Positions 37,446 through 46,429 of a stretch of DNA of 64,000 nucleotides are shown one piece after another. Numbering within the stretch: position 1 is the first letter of the stretch; each line of letters begins with the position of its first letter. Under the pieces are notes generated by a model, which was not told where the DNA came from, made no database searches, and saw only the letters and a list, made by a program, of their open reading frames with translations. Source of the stretch: an uncultured Spirochaetota bacterium (GTDB lineage Bacteria > Spirochaetota > B62-G9 > DRHN01); NCBI GenBank assembly GCA_964433545.1, contig CAYSRJ010000014.1, positions 10,611-74,610 on the forward strand, given 5' to 3'. The translations under genes and the position numbers were made by a program.

Positions 37446-38505
37446 TCCAGAACTCCCTTTGAACACCCGAAACCTGATTGATTATCAGGTCGACATCCTG
37501 CCTGCGTCTGACACTGGGTTGTTCCGGAGAAACGTCATCTCTCTCACCGTTGAGGCGCAGCAAAACTTTTTTTACACTTTCTCTCAATGCCTCGAGGTTG
37601 TACCCTCCTTCGAGGGAGAGCAGTAGTTTCCCGTTCGCCGTGCTTTCTGCTGTATCCATTACTACACCGGCGAGAGAGGCGAATCCATCGGTTGTAACCT
37701 CCATTCCACCCAATGGGTCTTCGTAGTGGGCATCAAATCCTGCGGATACGAGCACGAGTTGCGGCCTGTACAGCAGCGAAATGGGTTTGAGCACTTTTTC
37801 AAACAGGGTTACGTATGCGTAGTCTCCGTATCTTGGTCCGAGAGGAATATTGACGGTGAACCCTCTGCCCCTTCCGCTTCCGGCTTCCATGACATCACCG
37901 GTTCCCGGATAGTAAGGGTATTGATGAATTGAAAAATAGAGCACCCTGTCATCCGAGTAGAAGGAATGCTGTGTACCATTACCATGATGAAGGTCCCAAT
38001 CGACGATAAGCACCCGTTCGAGCGCGTGATTCCTGATTGCATGTTCTGCGCCGACTGCGATGTTGTTGAAGATGCAGAAGCCCATGCCTCTGTTTGCCTC
38101 CGCATGATGGCCGGGTGGGCGAATAAGCGCAAAGACATTGTCACACTCTTCATTCATCAGTGCGTCGATACCACGCAGAACACCTCCTGCAGCGTAGAGG
38201 GCTGCTTCGAAAGACTTTGCAGAAAGCTGGGTATCCATATCGAGGGACGAATAAGGGATGCCTTCTGTCATAGCCACCTGTTCATAATATGCAGGCTTGT
38301 GGTTATACTCAATCTCCTCCTTTGTAGCCTTCCTGGGGGGAAGGTATTCGAGCTTTCCCGATATGTCTTTATCTTCAAGCATATCATAGAGAACCTCGAG
38401 CCGGCGGGGACTTTCCGGATGCGGCGGTCCAGTTTTGTGCTCGATAAAAATAGCGTCTTTCACGACTCCTGTCATAGGCACCCTCCTGACCATGAAGACA
38501 CACAT
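37435..38505 (-). CDS. histone deacetylase-family protein (acetoin utilization AcuC / acetylpolyamine amidohydrolase-like)
   Basis: HDAC motifs RPPGHHA, DWDLHHGNGTQ and GFD. The true start may be the internal Met (MTGVVKD, 38475). Confidence 0.75.
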   Translation of the reverse strand: MCVFMVRRVPMTGVVKDAIFIEHKTGPPHPESPRRLEVLYDMLEDKDISGKLEYLPPRKATKEEIEYNHKPAYYEQVAMTEGIPYSSLDMDTQLSAKSFEAALYAAGGVLRGIDALMNEECDNVFALIRPPGHHAEANRGMGFCIFNNIAVGAEHAIRNHALERVLIVDWDLHHGNGTQHSFYSDDRVLYFSIHQYPYYPGTGDVMEAGSGRGRGFTVNIPLGPRYGDYAYVTLFEKVLKPISLLYRPQLVLVSAGFDAHYEDPLGGMEVTTDGFASLAGVVMDTAESTANGKLLLSLEGGYNLEALRESVKKVLLRLNGERDDVSPEQPSVRRRQDVDLIINQVSGVQREFWSCF

Positions 38506-38558
38506 ATTCTACGGGGTGTATGGAACATGTGTTGTTTTTTCATTGAGTAAAAGTGCTT

Positions 38559-38688
38559 CCAGTACTACAGCGATACTTTTCATCTCAAGAGCGATTATGA
38601 TACGTTTTGCAGCGGGAAATACGGCCTGTTTTATGTCAAAGGTCTGCTTTTAAAACCATATAATCATTAAGTATCGCTGTAGTACCAG
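38559..38688. repeat. 20-bp inverted repeats (CCAGTACTACAGCGATACTT ... AAGTATCGCTGTAGTACCAG) flanking a 90-bp spacer; possible structured RNA or MITE
   Basis: 19 of 20 positions are complementary. Located between the HDAC-like and YbaK-like genes. Confidence 0.35.
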
Positions 38689-38708
38689 TCAAAGCGACAT
38701 TAATGAAT

Positions 38709-39170
38709 TCATTTGGCGATCTTTGCGATTTTCGGCTGAACCAGTTTATCAAAATCTTTGAAGGCGAGCTGAATGAGCTCCGTATGGGATCCTGCATTGA
38801 ATGCTATTTCTTCATTATTTTTTAAGGAGCTGTCGGCATACACTTCCATTCCGTACAGGTTGCCGAACGGCGGCATTGCACCCACTGCGCAGTCGGGAAA
38901 GAGGTCCTGAAACTCCTGTTCTCCGGCGATTTCCACCTTTTTTACACCTGTTGCTTTTTTGAGCATGTCCAGGTTTATCCTCATGCTTGCCGGAAGAACT
39001 GCCATAGCCATTTTTCCATCAGCCTTGATGACGACAGTTTTGGCAATCTTCTTTCCCCGTATATGGGTGGATGCTGCGACCTCCTGTGCCGTGTATGCGA
39101 GTGAATGCTTGATACTAACGTATTTAATAGTATTATCATCAAGAAACTGTTTTACTTTTTTAACCGGCAT
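38709..39170 (-). CDS. YbaK/ProX-type aminoacyl-tRNA deacylase domain protein
   Basis: 153 aa. YbaK-like fold motifs (KTVVIKADGKMAMAVLP ... GAMPPFG). Confidence 0.65.
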   Translation of the reverse strand: MPVKKVKQFLDDNTIKYVSIKHSLAYTAQEVAASTHIRGKKIAKTVVIKADGKMAMAVLPASMRINLDMLKKATGVKKVEIAGEQEFQDLFPDCAVGAMPPFGNLYGMEVYADSSLKNNEEIAFNAGSHTELIQLAFKDFDKLVQPKIAKIAK

Positions 39171-39296
39171 CTTTTGCCTCCTGTATAATGAATTATTTCC
39201 TGTTTTTCACAGTGTGGGCCGGAATTTAGATTCCCTCGGGCGCTGGCAGTGTAACGCTCAGTTCAATGTATGAATACAGAGTCAGCGGCACTGTTG

Positions 39297-39345
39297 AGTA
39301 ACTTCTCGCGAAGTTACTTTATGATATTCGGTCCCCGGGTACGTA
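39297..39345. repeat. REP/MITE-like element copy in reverse orientation (AGTAACTTC-tcgc-GAAGTTACT then TTATGATATTCGGTCCCCGGGTAC)
   Basis: The reverse complement matches the second module of the 53682-53727 copy, including the CCCCGGGGAC box. Confidence 0.6.
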
Positions 39346-39512
39346 AACCACTTTTAAGTAAATTGTTACACCAAAAAGCTGAAATTGCAATTGTATTATA
39401 TGCGGGAAAAAAAGAGGAAAATGATGTAATGTATGTAGGGTTTACAGTGGGGTTCTTTCTCTTGCGGTCTCACACGGGATTTATTATAATAGGCAGAAAA
39501 TGGAGGAATAAA

Positions 39513-40553
39513 ATGACCAAAAAGCTTATATCCATTGTTTTTTTCATCCTGACACTGGTTGCGGTTCCAGTTCTATCCTATTCCGCTGTCGTCGACTGGG
39601 TTTCAGGTGATGTTGCATACAGTCATCTGAAAAGCGCCTGGGAACAGCTTGATTCGGGGATGACACTGGTCTCAGGTGACATTGTCAAAACAGGCGAAGG
39701 CGGTGAGGCTACCCTCATTGACGAAGGGAGTGAAATGCATATAATGGCAAACTCTCAATTCACTATCTCGGAAAAATACGTGCAGGAGCAGAAAAAACCT
39801 TCTTTCATGCTTTTTATCGGGAGAATGAAGTTCAAGCTGGGCAAAAAAGCAAAGACTGAGCCGGATATTCAGACTCAAACGGTAAATCTCACCATCAGGG
39901 GCACCGAGTTTGAGGTGGGATCCGGATATGACGGGTCGACTATTGTCCTTTTGAATGAAGGAAGCGTTGCAGTGCAGGGGCAGAAGAATGAATTGGTTCT
40001 GCAGACGGGTGAAGGGACAGAGGTTGCGTTCGGGGAGGAACCGACGGAAAAGTTTAGAGTCATGACCAGAGTCATCGACTGGGACGCCTGGCTCGCAGAT
40101 TCACAGGAGGCCGTTAAAGGAAACGAAGTCTCACTTTTGGACAAAGTACTCGGCAGGTTTCAAGGGATAGAAGAAGACATCAATAAAAATGAGGTGCTGC
40201 GAGCTAGTGCGCAGAAAAAAAAGGATGAGTTTATTGCCGAGCGGGACAGGCTCATCGATGAGGGGAAAAAGGAGGAGGCGGATACATACTCCAAAAAAGC
40301 AGGGGAGCAAAGCAAGCTCGCTTTTCATTCTTTTGTGAATATACGGTTTTTAGCCCTTTCCACGATTGGTCTCTTTGACATGGCTGAAAGGATATATACG
40401 GGGATTGAAAAGCCGCCTAAAGAAGCTAGTGACCTGTTTGAACAGATTCAAAAAATATATAAAGATATAGAAGCAAAATATCTGTATGAAGGAGACAGGG
40501 AACGGCTCGAAAAAAAGGCTGAAAAGAAAAAGGGGTGTAGCAAACTGTTTTAA
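39513..40553 (+). CDS. secreted FecR-domain protein with C-terminal coiled-coil/charged region
   Basis: Signal peptide, then a FecR-like domain (VSGDVAY...LVSGDIVKTGEGGEATLIDEGSEMHIMANSQF...RGTEFEVGS...EGSVAVQG). Confidence 0.6.
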   Translation: MTKKLISIVFFILTLVAVPVLSYSAVVDWVSGDVAYSHLKSAWEQLDSGMTLVSGDIVKTGEGGEATLIDEGSEMHIMANSQFTISEKYVQEQKKPSFMLFIGRMKFKLGKKAKTEPDIQTQTVNLTIRGTEFEVGSGYDGSTIVLLNEGSVAVQGQKNELVLQTGEGTEVAFGEEPTEKFRVMTRVIDWDAWLADSQEAVKGNEVSLLDKVLGRFQGIEEDINKNEVLRASAQKKKDEFIAERDRLIDEGKKEEADTYSKKAGEQSKLAFHSFVNIRFLALSTIGLFDMAERIYTGIEKPPKEASDLFEQIQKIYKDIEAKYLYEGDRERLEKKAEKKKGCSKLF

Positions 40554-40557
40554 GACC

Positions 40558-40582
40558 GCCGCCCTCAACCGGGCGGCATTTT
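40558..40582 (+). terminator. intrinsic terminator GCCGCCC-tcaacc-GGGCGGC-ATTTT
   Basis: 7-bp GC stem followed by a T-tract immediately after the stop codon. Confidence 0.5.
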
Positions 40583-40631
40583 AATACATGCCGGTTAGAG
40601 CGTTTTTTGGGTATATTAGTTTCAGGTATAT

Positions 40632-41846
40632 ATGGAACCGAAACGATACACATGTATGTTACTGCTGTTGCTGATCCTTTCCTTTTTCAATTCTCAATTT
40701 CTATCCGCTCAGGTACACAATGAGAAGCCCCTGAATGCAGGTGAAGATGAATCTTTATTCCCTGAGTATGAGGTGGAACACCTGAGTGAGCCTCCGGAAG
40801 GAGCCGATACGATTTTTCCGGTAATTTTTAATGGCTCACTCTACTCTTTTTCTCTCGGCAGCTCAAAACCCATCTGGAAGATATTTATTGGCGGTGATCT
40901 TTTAAATCCATTTACTGTTCAAAATGGAGATGTTTACTTCTACGACATTTATAACAGATTGTACGCTGTTGATTTAAGAAGTGGAAAAGTGTCCTGGGTA
41001 TCCATGATCAAGGAAGAAATCAGGGGGGAACCGGTTATTTATGGTGATTATTTGATTGTTTCCACCTTTAACGGCGGTATATATGTCCTGATTCGCTCGG
41101 ACGGACATCTGGTATATTCGTATGAAAATGAGGATGAGATAATTGCGGGGATGAATATATATAAAAACCTTCTGGTCGTTCCATTTAAGAGCGGGAAGCT
41201 GGTTGCCTATGATATGGGATCAAGAAAGCAACAATGGAGCTTTGGCACGAATGGTATCATCAACGTATCTCCGGTGGTGAGGGACACCAGCCTTTATTTC
41301 GGTGCATGGGATGGAACATTCTATGCACTCGATGTTAGAACTGGTAAATCAAAATGGATACGTTATGTTGGCGATAATACAACAAGAGATTTTCTTGTTT
41401 TTAAAAACGTGATCGTTCTTTTTTTCTCAAAGGGAGAAGTCGTGTGTTTAAATCGAGAAACGGGCGCTATTGAATGGATAAAATATTTTTCCGGTGTGGA
41501 TTTCAATTACAATTATTTTTCGGGAGAAAAGGCGATGTATGTTTTTCTGCCTGATTTCACTGCCTTCGACCCGATGAACGGTGGTTTGCTCTTCGATTAT
41601 AGAGAGAGAGCGTTCAATTTATATAAGGAGATGCTGTTTGACAATATGGTTGAGGGAAAAAATCCACTTTCTAACGAAGATAGAATCGGGCTCCTTTCCG
41701 ATGAGTTTTTTTCTGTCGATGCCTTTCCCTATCTTCCGCCGGCGAGGGCCGGTAAAAACCTTGTGTACTTTGTCACTGGTAATGCCTATCTATACGTGTA
41801 CGATTTGCTCAAGGATTTTTTTATTTTAAAATATAAAATGAGTTAG
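40632..41846 (+). CDS. secreted PQQ-repeat beta-propeller protein (BamB-like fold)
   Basis: Signal peptide. Repeated 'Y..D...G...W' blades (LYAVDLRSGKVSW, LVAYDMGSRKQQW, FYALDVRTGKSKW, VVCLNRETGAIEW). Confidence 0.6.
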   Translation: MEPKRYTCMLLLLLILSFFNSQFLSAQVHNEKPLNAGEDESLFPEYEVEHLSEPPEGADTIFPVIFNGSLYSFSLGSSKPIWKIFIGGDLLNPFTVQNGDVYFYDIYNRLYAVDLRSGKVSWVSMIKEEIRGEPVIYGDYLIVSTFNGGIYVLIRSDGHLVYSYENEDEIIAGMNIYKNLLVVPFKSGKLVAYDMGSRKQQWSFGTNGIINVSPVVRDTSLYFGAWDGTFYALDVRTGKSKWIRYVGDNTTRDFLVFKNVIVLFFSKGEVVCLNRETGAIEWIKYFSGVDFNYNYFSGEKAMYVFLPDFTAFDPMNGGLLFDYRERAFNLYKEMLFDNMVEGKNPLSNEDRIGLLSDEFFSVDAFPYLPPARAGKNLVYFVTGNAYLYVYDLLKDFFILKYKMS

Positions 41847-41856
41847 GAATACAAAG

Positions 41857-42354
41857 ATGAAGACAAAAAAAATGTATTGTCCTAAAACCGGGTGGCTGTG
41901 TATTGCCGTGATCACGGTTGTGCTTCTGATTGCTGTTTCCTGTGCAACCAGAGAAAAGACAATTGTCGATCGTGCCGGAATAAAGGGTACGGTTGTGCCG
42001 ACTGATGCATCCGGAAATGAAATAGAGATGCAGGACAGAGGCGGCGTCATTATCAACTGCATTCCGTTGCGTGAAGGAAAGCAAAAACAGGAGATGGCTA
42101 TCACGGCAAATACGCAGAATGACGGAAGTTTTTCTATTGGTTTACCAGGCGGTGAGTATATGATCGAAATATTTCTCGAGGGGTTCTATGTCAAGAGCTT
42201 TCACCTCGACCTCAAGGCCGGTAAACGGTACAATCTGGGGAAGATAGCACTTCGAAAGATAGAGGTGGGTGAGGGAATGCCACTCAAAAATAGCGAACAG
42301 AAGGAAAATATCGGCAGCGAGGGTGATGTTACCATACAGCCGCCTGTGATGTAA
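41857..42354 (+). CDS. lipoprotein with carboxypeptidase-regulatory-like (CarboxypepD_reg) domain
   Basis: Lipobox-like IAVSC. GIKGTVV...DGSFSIGLPGGEYMIEI pattern. Confidence 0.5.
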   Translation: MKTKKMYCPKTGWLCIAVITVVLLIAVSCATREKTIVDRAGIKGTVVPTDASGNEIEMQDRGGVIINCIPLREGKQKQEMAITANTQNDGSFSIGLPGGEYMIEIFLEGFYVKSFHLDLKAGKRYNLGKIALRKIEVGEGMPLKNSEQKENIGSEGDVTIQPPVM

Positions 42355-42381
42355 TACCACCGACAAAGTCGAGTTGAGTCA

Positions 42382-45081
42382 TTGAACAGATTAAACACAT
42401 TTATTATCCTTTTTTTCAGTTTTGCTCTCACGGTTCTTGTAATGTATCTATTTATTACCGAACAGTATGAAAAAGAGATCGTAACGATTACGGCACCCCT
42501 CAAGATTGAAACCTACAGAATCGACCGTTTTCCCCTTCCGGATGCCGACATATACCTCAACCAGAAATTTATAGGTAAAACAGATGAAAAGGGTTTTTTT
42601 TCAACAAATGTGGATTTGAATGTTGGCGAGTCGTATACACTTATTATTGAAAGAGAGAACAATGGGTATGAATACGGGCCGTGGGAAACCCATTTCAAAG
42701 TCGTCGGGGAAGAACAGAGGGCAAAGAAGAAAGAAAAAAAGGGTGAGGAGAACATGCCGACTCTTGAAGGGGAATCTGATATACTGACAGAGCTTCAACG
42801 CGCAGAGCTCGGGAAGGCGAGTCTGTATGAAAAGTATCACTTTCTCGCTATCATAGACGGTCATATGTACTACACCCTGGAAGTACGCCGGGGCAATCCG
42901 GTGGCGGACGCATCGGTTATTATAAACGGCACATATATGGGAAAGACCGACAGGACCGGCCGATTTACCGTGCAGTACTCCGGACAGGAGAAACGGAAGG
43001 AAGAAATACAGGTCTCGAAGGAGGGGGAGCACACCTGGATTAAACGAATTGACGTATATCCCGATGCAGTAATAACGGCTGATCTTGACAGGAGGCTCTC
43101 TATCGAGATGTATGCGGTAACTGATAATTATAACGTTATTAGAGGCATTGAAGGTACGCGGGTTTTCATAGATGACCGGTATATGGGTATATCCGGGCCC
43201 GATGGTCGGATCTCGTTCAATTATGAAAGTGAAAAAGGAGTGGACCGGGAACTACAACTTGTCGTTTTATACCCATCGAACTACTTCCCTGACAGAATTG
43301 TTATAACATACGATATACATAGGGAGCTGCCTGCTTTGCAGGATTATGTGTTTTCCTATACAAAGACACCTGTCCCTCCGGGTGTCGCTGTATTCCCGCT
43401 TGCCGTCAGCAACAGGGATGATCCGCTTCTCAAACGCAAGGCTGAGGATGTCAAAACGAGGATTATCGACTATCTTACGAGTGCCGGAGTATTTCACAAT
43501 GTGTCCAGTAAGGCCATGCAATTGGCGCGTGAAGAGGGCCTAACCCTTGCGAAGAAAGGTGTGAACTGGAGTGATATTCCGGAGATTAAAAGTAAAGTGG
43601 ATGGAGTAATATTCGGAAGTCTGGGTCGAAGCGGAACATTATTTCAACTGTACTTATGCGGTGTTGACTACACAGGGGAAGTTATCAGTGAGATAAACAA
43701 GTTTGTTACGATGCGGGAAGTACAGTCAGTGCTCGAAGATTTTACCACTTCCTTCATGAAAAATTTTCCGTTTGAAGGGAACATTTCTTCGATCGGAAAT
43801 AAAATGTATATTAATCTCGGAAGACGGCAGGGTGTTGCGCGGGATAACAAATTTTACAGCTACTACGAATATTTTGATAGAATAAAGGGTGATTATTCAA
43901 AAAAAAGAGTGGCGCGGCTCGTTGTTGTTGATACCGGCGAGACACTTTCTGCATGCACCCTGGAGACGATAAGTGAGGGGTATCTTCTCGAAGCAGGCGG
44001 AAGGGTAAAACGGTATCGGGAACCGATACAGGAATTAAAAGAGATTCCTGTCACTATTGTTGTTACTTCGGGCAGGGACATGGTTGGGAATGCAAATGTA
44101 TACCTCGATGACCGCTGGCGGGGGCAGACGAATGAGAATGGGGAGCTTCAGCTCTCTCTGGCCGAGAGTCTCGATGCAGACATTCTCGTGTACAAAGAGG
44201 GGTATAAGCCTGCAAAAATTGCGCTTAAAGTTCGGGAAGACAGCAGGAAGATAACTGTTGATCTTAGGCGTGGAAAGACCGCATTTATTGTCGATTCGAA
44301 TCCCCGTGATGCGCTTCTTTTTATTGACGGTGATTTCAAAGGAAAAACTCCGATAATAAAAAAGCCGATACAGGTGCCGTACGGCTATCATCTTGTTGAG
44401 TTGAAGCGTGAAGGGTATAAAGAGTATAAAAAATATATAAGCTTCGGAGAGAAGAGGTTTTCTCTAACCGGTGATGAAGCTGTTCGCCTCTATAAAGATT
44501 ACTATACTGATGCTGAAAATGAATATAAAAAAGGGAATATACACGGGGCAATTATCACCCTGCAATCGGTCTCCCGTGAGCACCCTGATTTCGGACGGGC
44601 GGCTGAATTTCTTGCCTTTATATACTTGAATGATTTGAAAGATAATGAACAGGCACTTTATTATTACAACAGAGCAATTGAAGTTTTAAATGATGATCTA
44701 TCTGTCATTTCATACTACAACATGGGGCAGGCATATTTCAATATTGCTGAAAAGCTCTTTTATACCGATGCACGAATTGCAGAGGAAAATTATAGAAATG
44801 CGATTTCAGCATTCAATGTGATCCGGGAGAAAAAGAATCGTCTCAATATCGGCCAAAGGAAAAATGTATACCAGAATACTCTTTTTTATCTTTCTGTATC
44901 CTATCAGAAGTTGTACTATATGACCAATCAGAGTGAGTATTTGACAAAAGCGTTTTACTCCTGGGCAGACTATTTCGATTTTTTTAATGAAAAACTTATG
45001 GAAGAGCAGCAATTTAGAGACCAGTATGCGGTTGCGGTTTCATACAGAGATGAGGTGAAGAGGTTGAGAGGTGAAAAGTAA
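42382..45081 (+). CDS. large membrane-anchored envelope protein: N-terminal TM, multiple PEGA domains, TolB_N-like domain, C-terminal TPR repeats
   Basis: PEGA-like repeats (ADIYLNQKFIGKTDEKGFFS; ASVIINGTYMGKTDRTGRFTV; TRVFIDDRYMGISGPDGRISF; ANVYLDDRWRGQTNENGELQ; ALLFIDGDFKGKTP...GYHLVELKREGY). VAVFPLAVSNRDD is a TolB_N-type segment. TPR-like C-terminus. Confidence 0.55.
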   Translation: MNRLNTFIILFFSFALTVLVMYLFITEQYEKEIVTITAPLKIETYRIDRFPLPDADIYLNQKFIGKTDEKGFFSTNVDLNVGESYTLIIERENNGYEYGPWETHFKVVGEEQRAKKKEKKGEENMPTLEGESDILTELQRAELGKASLYEKYHFLAIIDGHMYYTLEVRRGNPVADASVIINGTYMGKTDRTGRFTVQYSGQEKRKEEIQVSKEGEHTWIKRIDVYPDAVITADLDRRLSIEMYAVTDNYNVIRGIEGTRVFIDDRYMGISGPDGRISFNYESEKGVDRELQLVVLYPSNYFPDRIVITYDIHRELPALQDYVFSYTKTPVPPGVAVFPLAVSNRDDPLLKRKAEDVKTRIIDYLTSAGVFHNVSSKAMQLAREEGLTLAKKGVNWSDIPEIKSKVDGVIFGSLGRSGTLFQLYLCGVDYTGEVISEINKFVTMREVQSVLEDFTTSFMKNFPFEGNISSIGNKMYINLGRRQGVARDNKFYSYYEYFDRIKGDYSKKRVARLVVVDTGETLSACTLETISEGYLLEAGGRVKRYREPIQELKEIPVTIVVTSGRDMVGNANVYLDDRWRGQTNENGELQLSLAESLDADILVYKEGYKPAKIALKVREDSRKITVDLRRGKTAFIVDSNPRDALLFIDGDFKGKTPIIKKPIQVPYGYHLVELKREGYKEYKKYISFGEKRFSLTGDEAVRLYKDYYTDAENEYKKGNIHGAIITLQSVSREHPDFGRAAEFLAFIYLNDLKDNEQALYYYNRAIEVLNDDLSVISYYNMGQAYFNIAEKLFYTDARIAEENYRNAISAFNVIREKKNRLNIGQRKNVYQNTLFYLSVSYQKLYYMTNQSEYLTKAFYSWADYFDFFNEKLMEEQQFRDQYAVAVSYRDEVKRLRGEK

Positions 45082-46429
45082 GGGCTGGCTGGTAATTTTA
45101 GTGCTTATGATCGTATCACTGGTTCTTTCAGCAGGCTGTGCAGGGGAAGCTGTACGCTCCACACACCCTGAAAAGCCCGATGAATCTGTGATTGAACCTG
45201 AACAGCCTGAGGAAAAAGCTGCTGAAGAAAACGTTACCGTTGATTATCAGGGAATCGAGTTGAAGCTCTTTGATTTCATGCAGGTGGAGCAAATACCGGG
45301 CCTGTATAACTCATACAATCCTCAATTCTCGACAAATGAAAAGTATCTGGCATTCGAGGTGGATCAGGGCACGATTAAAAAGATCCGTATCTATACAATC
45401 GGTATCAACAAGCCGACTTATGCACTGGAGTTTGAAAAGGTGAAAGAAGTTTCTCTGACAGATACATCAGCGGATCAGCTTACGGACGATCTTTTCGAGT
45501 CTTTTACCGAGGAAAGTTTCAATTATGAATTCACCTGGTTTCCGTTCAGCAGCTCGTTTATATTTACGTCCAATGCAGGCCGCGGCGAATACAATTTATA
45601 CGCGGGTTCAGTGCAGGAGAATGACCGGGTGCTGAGGCAAATACAGGAGTCGTTGCATCCAAAACAATACAACGGCTATTTCATGGTCACCGAAGAGTTC
45701 AGAAAAGACGGACAGGCACGGGTTTCCCCGGATGGAAAAAAGATAGTATTCAGCTCAGGAAGAACCGGCAACGGAGACCTCTACCTTTTTGACATAACGA
45801 ACGGGACGCTTGACCAACTCACTACCGGCATGGCTACCGATCTTTTTCCACAGTGGTCTCCTGACGGTAAGGATATCGTATTTACCACCGGGGGAAAGAC
45901 CGCTCATGATATTCATATAATTCGTGATGTAGGTTCTCCCGGTCAGCATGAAGATGTGCTGGTGAGCTGGTTTTTCGACGATGAGCTTCCATCTTTTTCG
46001 CCTGACGGCAAATTTGTTTCCTTTTATACAACCTATAATCGGGAGCGCGACCCGTTCAATACAAAACGGTGGGGAATAATGATTGTTCCTTCAGACGGTT
46101 CGGGACCCAATGCCGGGAAAGAACTTATAGATTATTTCCATATCCCGAATGTAATTAAAGACAACACGCAGGGAACTGCATGGTTCCCCGACAGCAGGCA
46201 TATCATCTTTGCTAAAAATATTGATAGCGATTACAATCCAATTTATATTTATGATATCCAGAAGAGAACAGAAGAGTATGTCGATACCGGTACACGCATA
46301 AATCACGATATAACTGTTTCCCGCCATGGATTAGTCTCATTCCGTGCCCAACAGCTGGGCTGGGACAGAATATTTACCGCATCTTCTACATATTTTCAGG
46401 AATATTTGAATGAAAAATTTGCGAAATAA
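45071..46429 (+). CDS. TolB-like WD40/beta-propeller lipoprotein
   Basis: Lipobox LSAGC. Repeated SPDGK.IVF motifs (SPDGKKIVFSS, SPDGKDIVFTT, SPDGKFVSFYT). Confidence 0.6.
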   Translation: MKSKGWLVILVLMIVSLVLSAGCAGEAVRSTHPEKPDESVIEPEQPEEKAAEENVTVDYQGIELKLFDFMQVEQIPGLYNSYNPQFSTNEKYLAFEVDQGTIKKIRIYTIGINKPTYALEFEKVKEVSLTDTSADQLTDDLFESFTEESFNYEFTWFPFSSSFIFTSNAGRGEYNLYAGSVQENDRVLRQIQESLHPKQYNGYFMVTEEFRKDGQARVSPDGKKIVFSSGRTGNGDLYLFDITNGTLDQLTTGMATDLFPQWSPDGKDIVFTTGGKTAHDIHIIRDVGSPGQHEDVLVSWFFDDELPSFSPDGKFVSFYTTYNRERDPFNTKRWGIMIVPSDGSGPNAGKELIDYFHIPNVIKDNTQGTAWFPDSRHIIFAKNIDSDYNPIYIYDIQKRTEEYVDTGTRINHDITVSRHGLVSFRAQQLGWDRIFTASSTYFQEYLNEKFAK

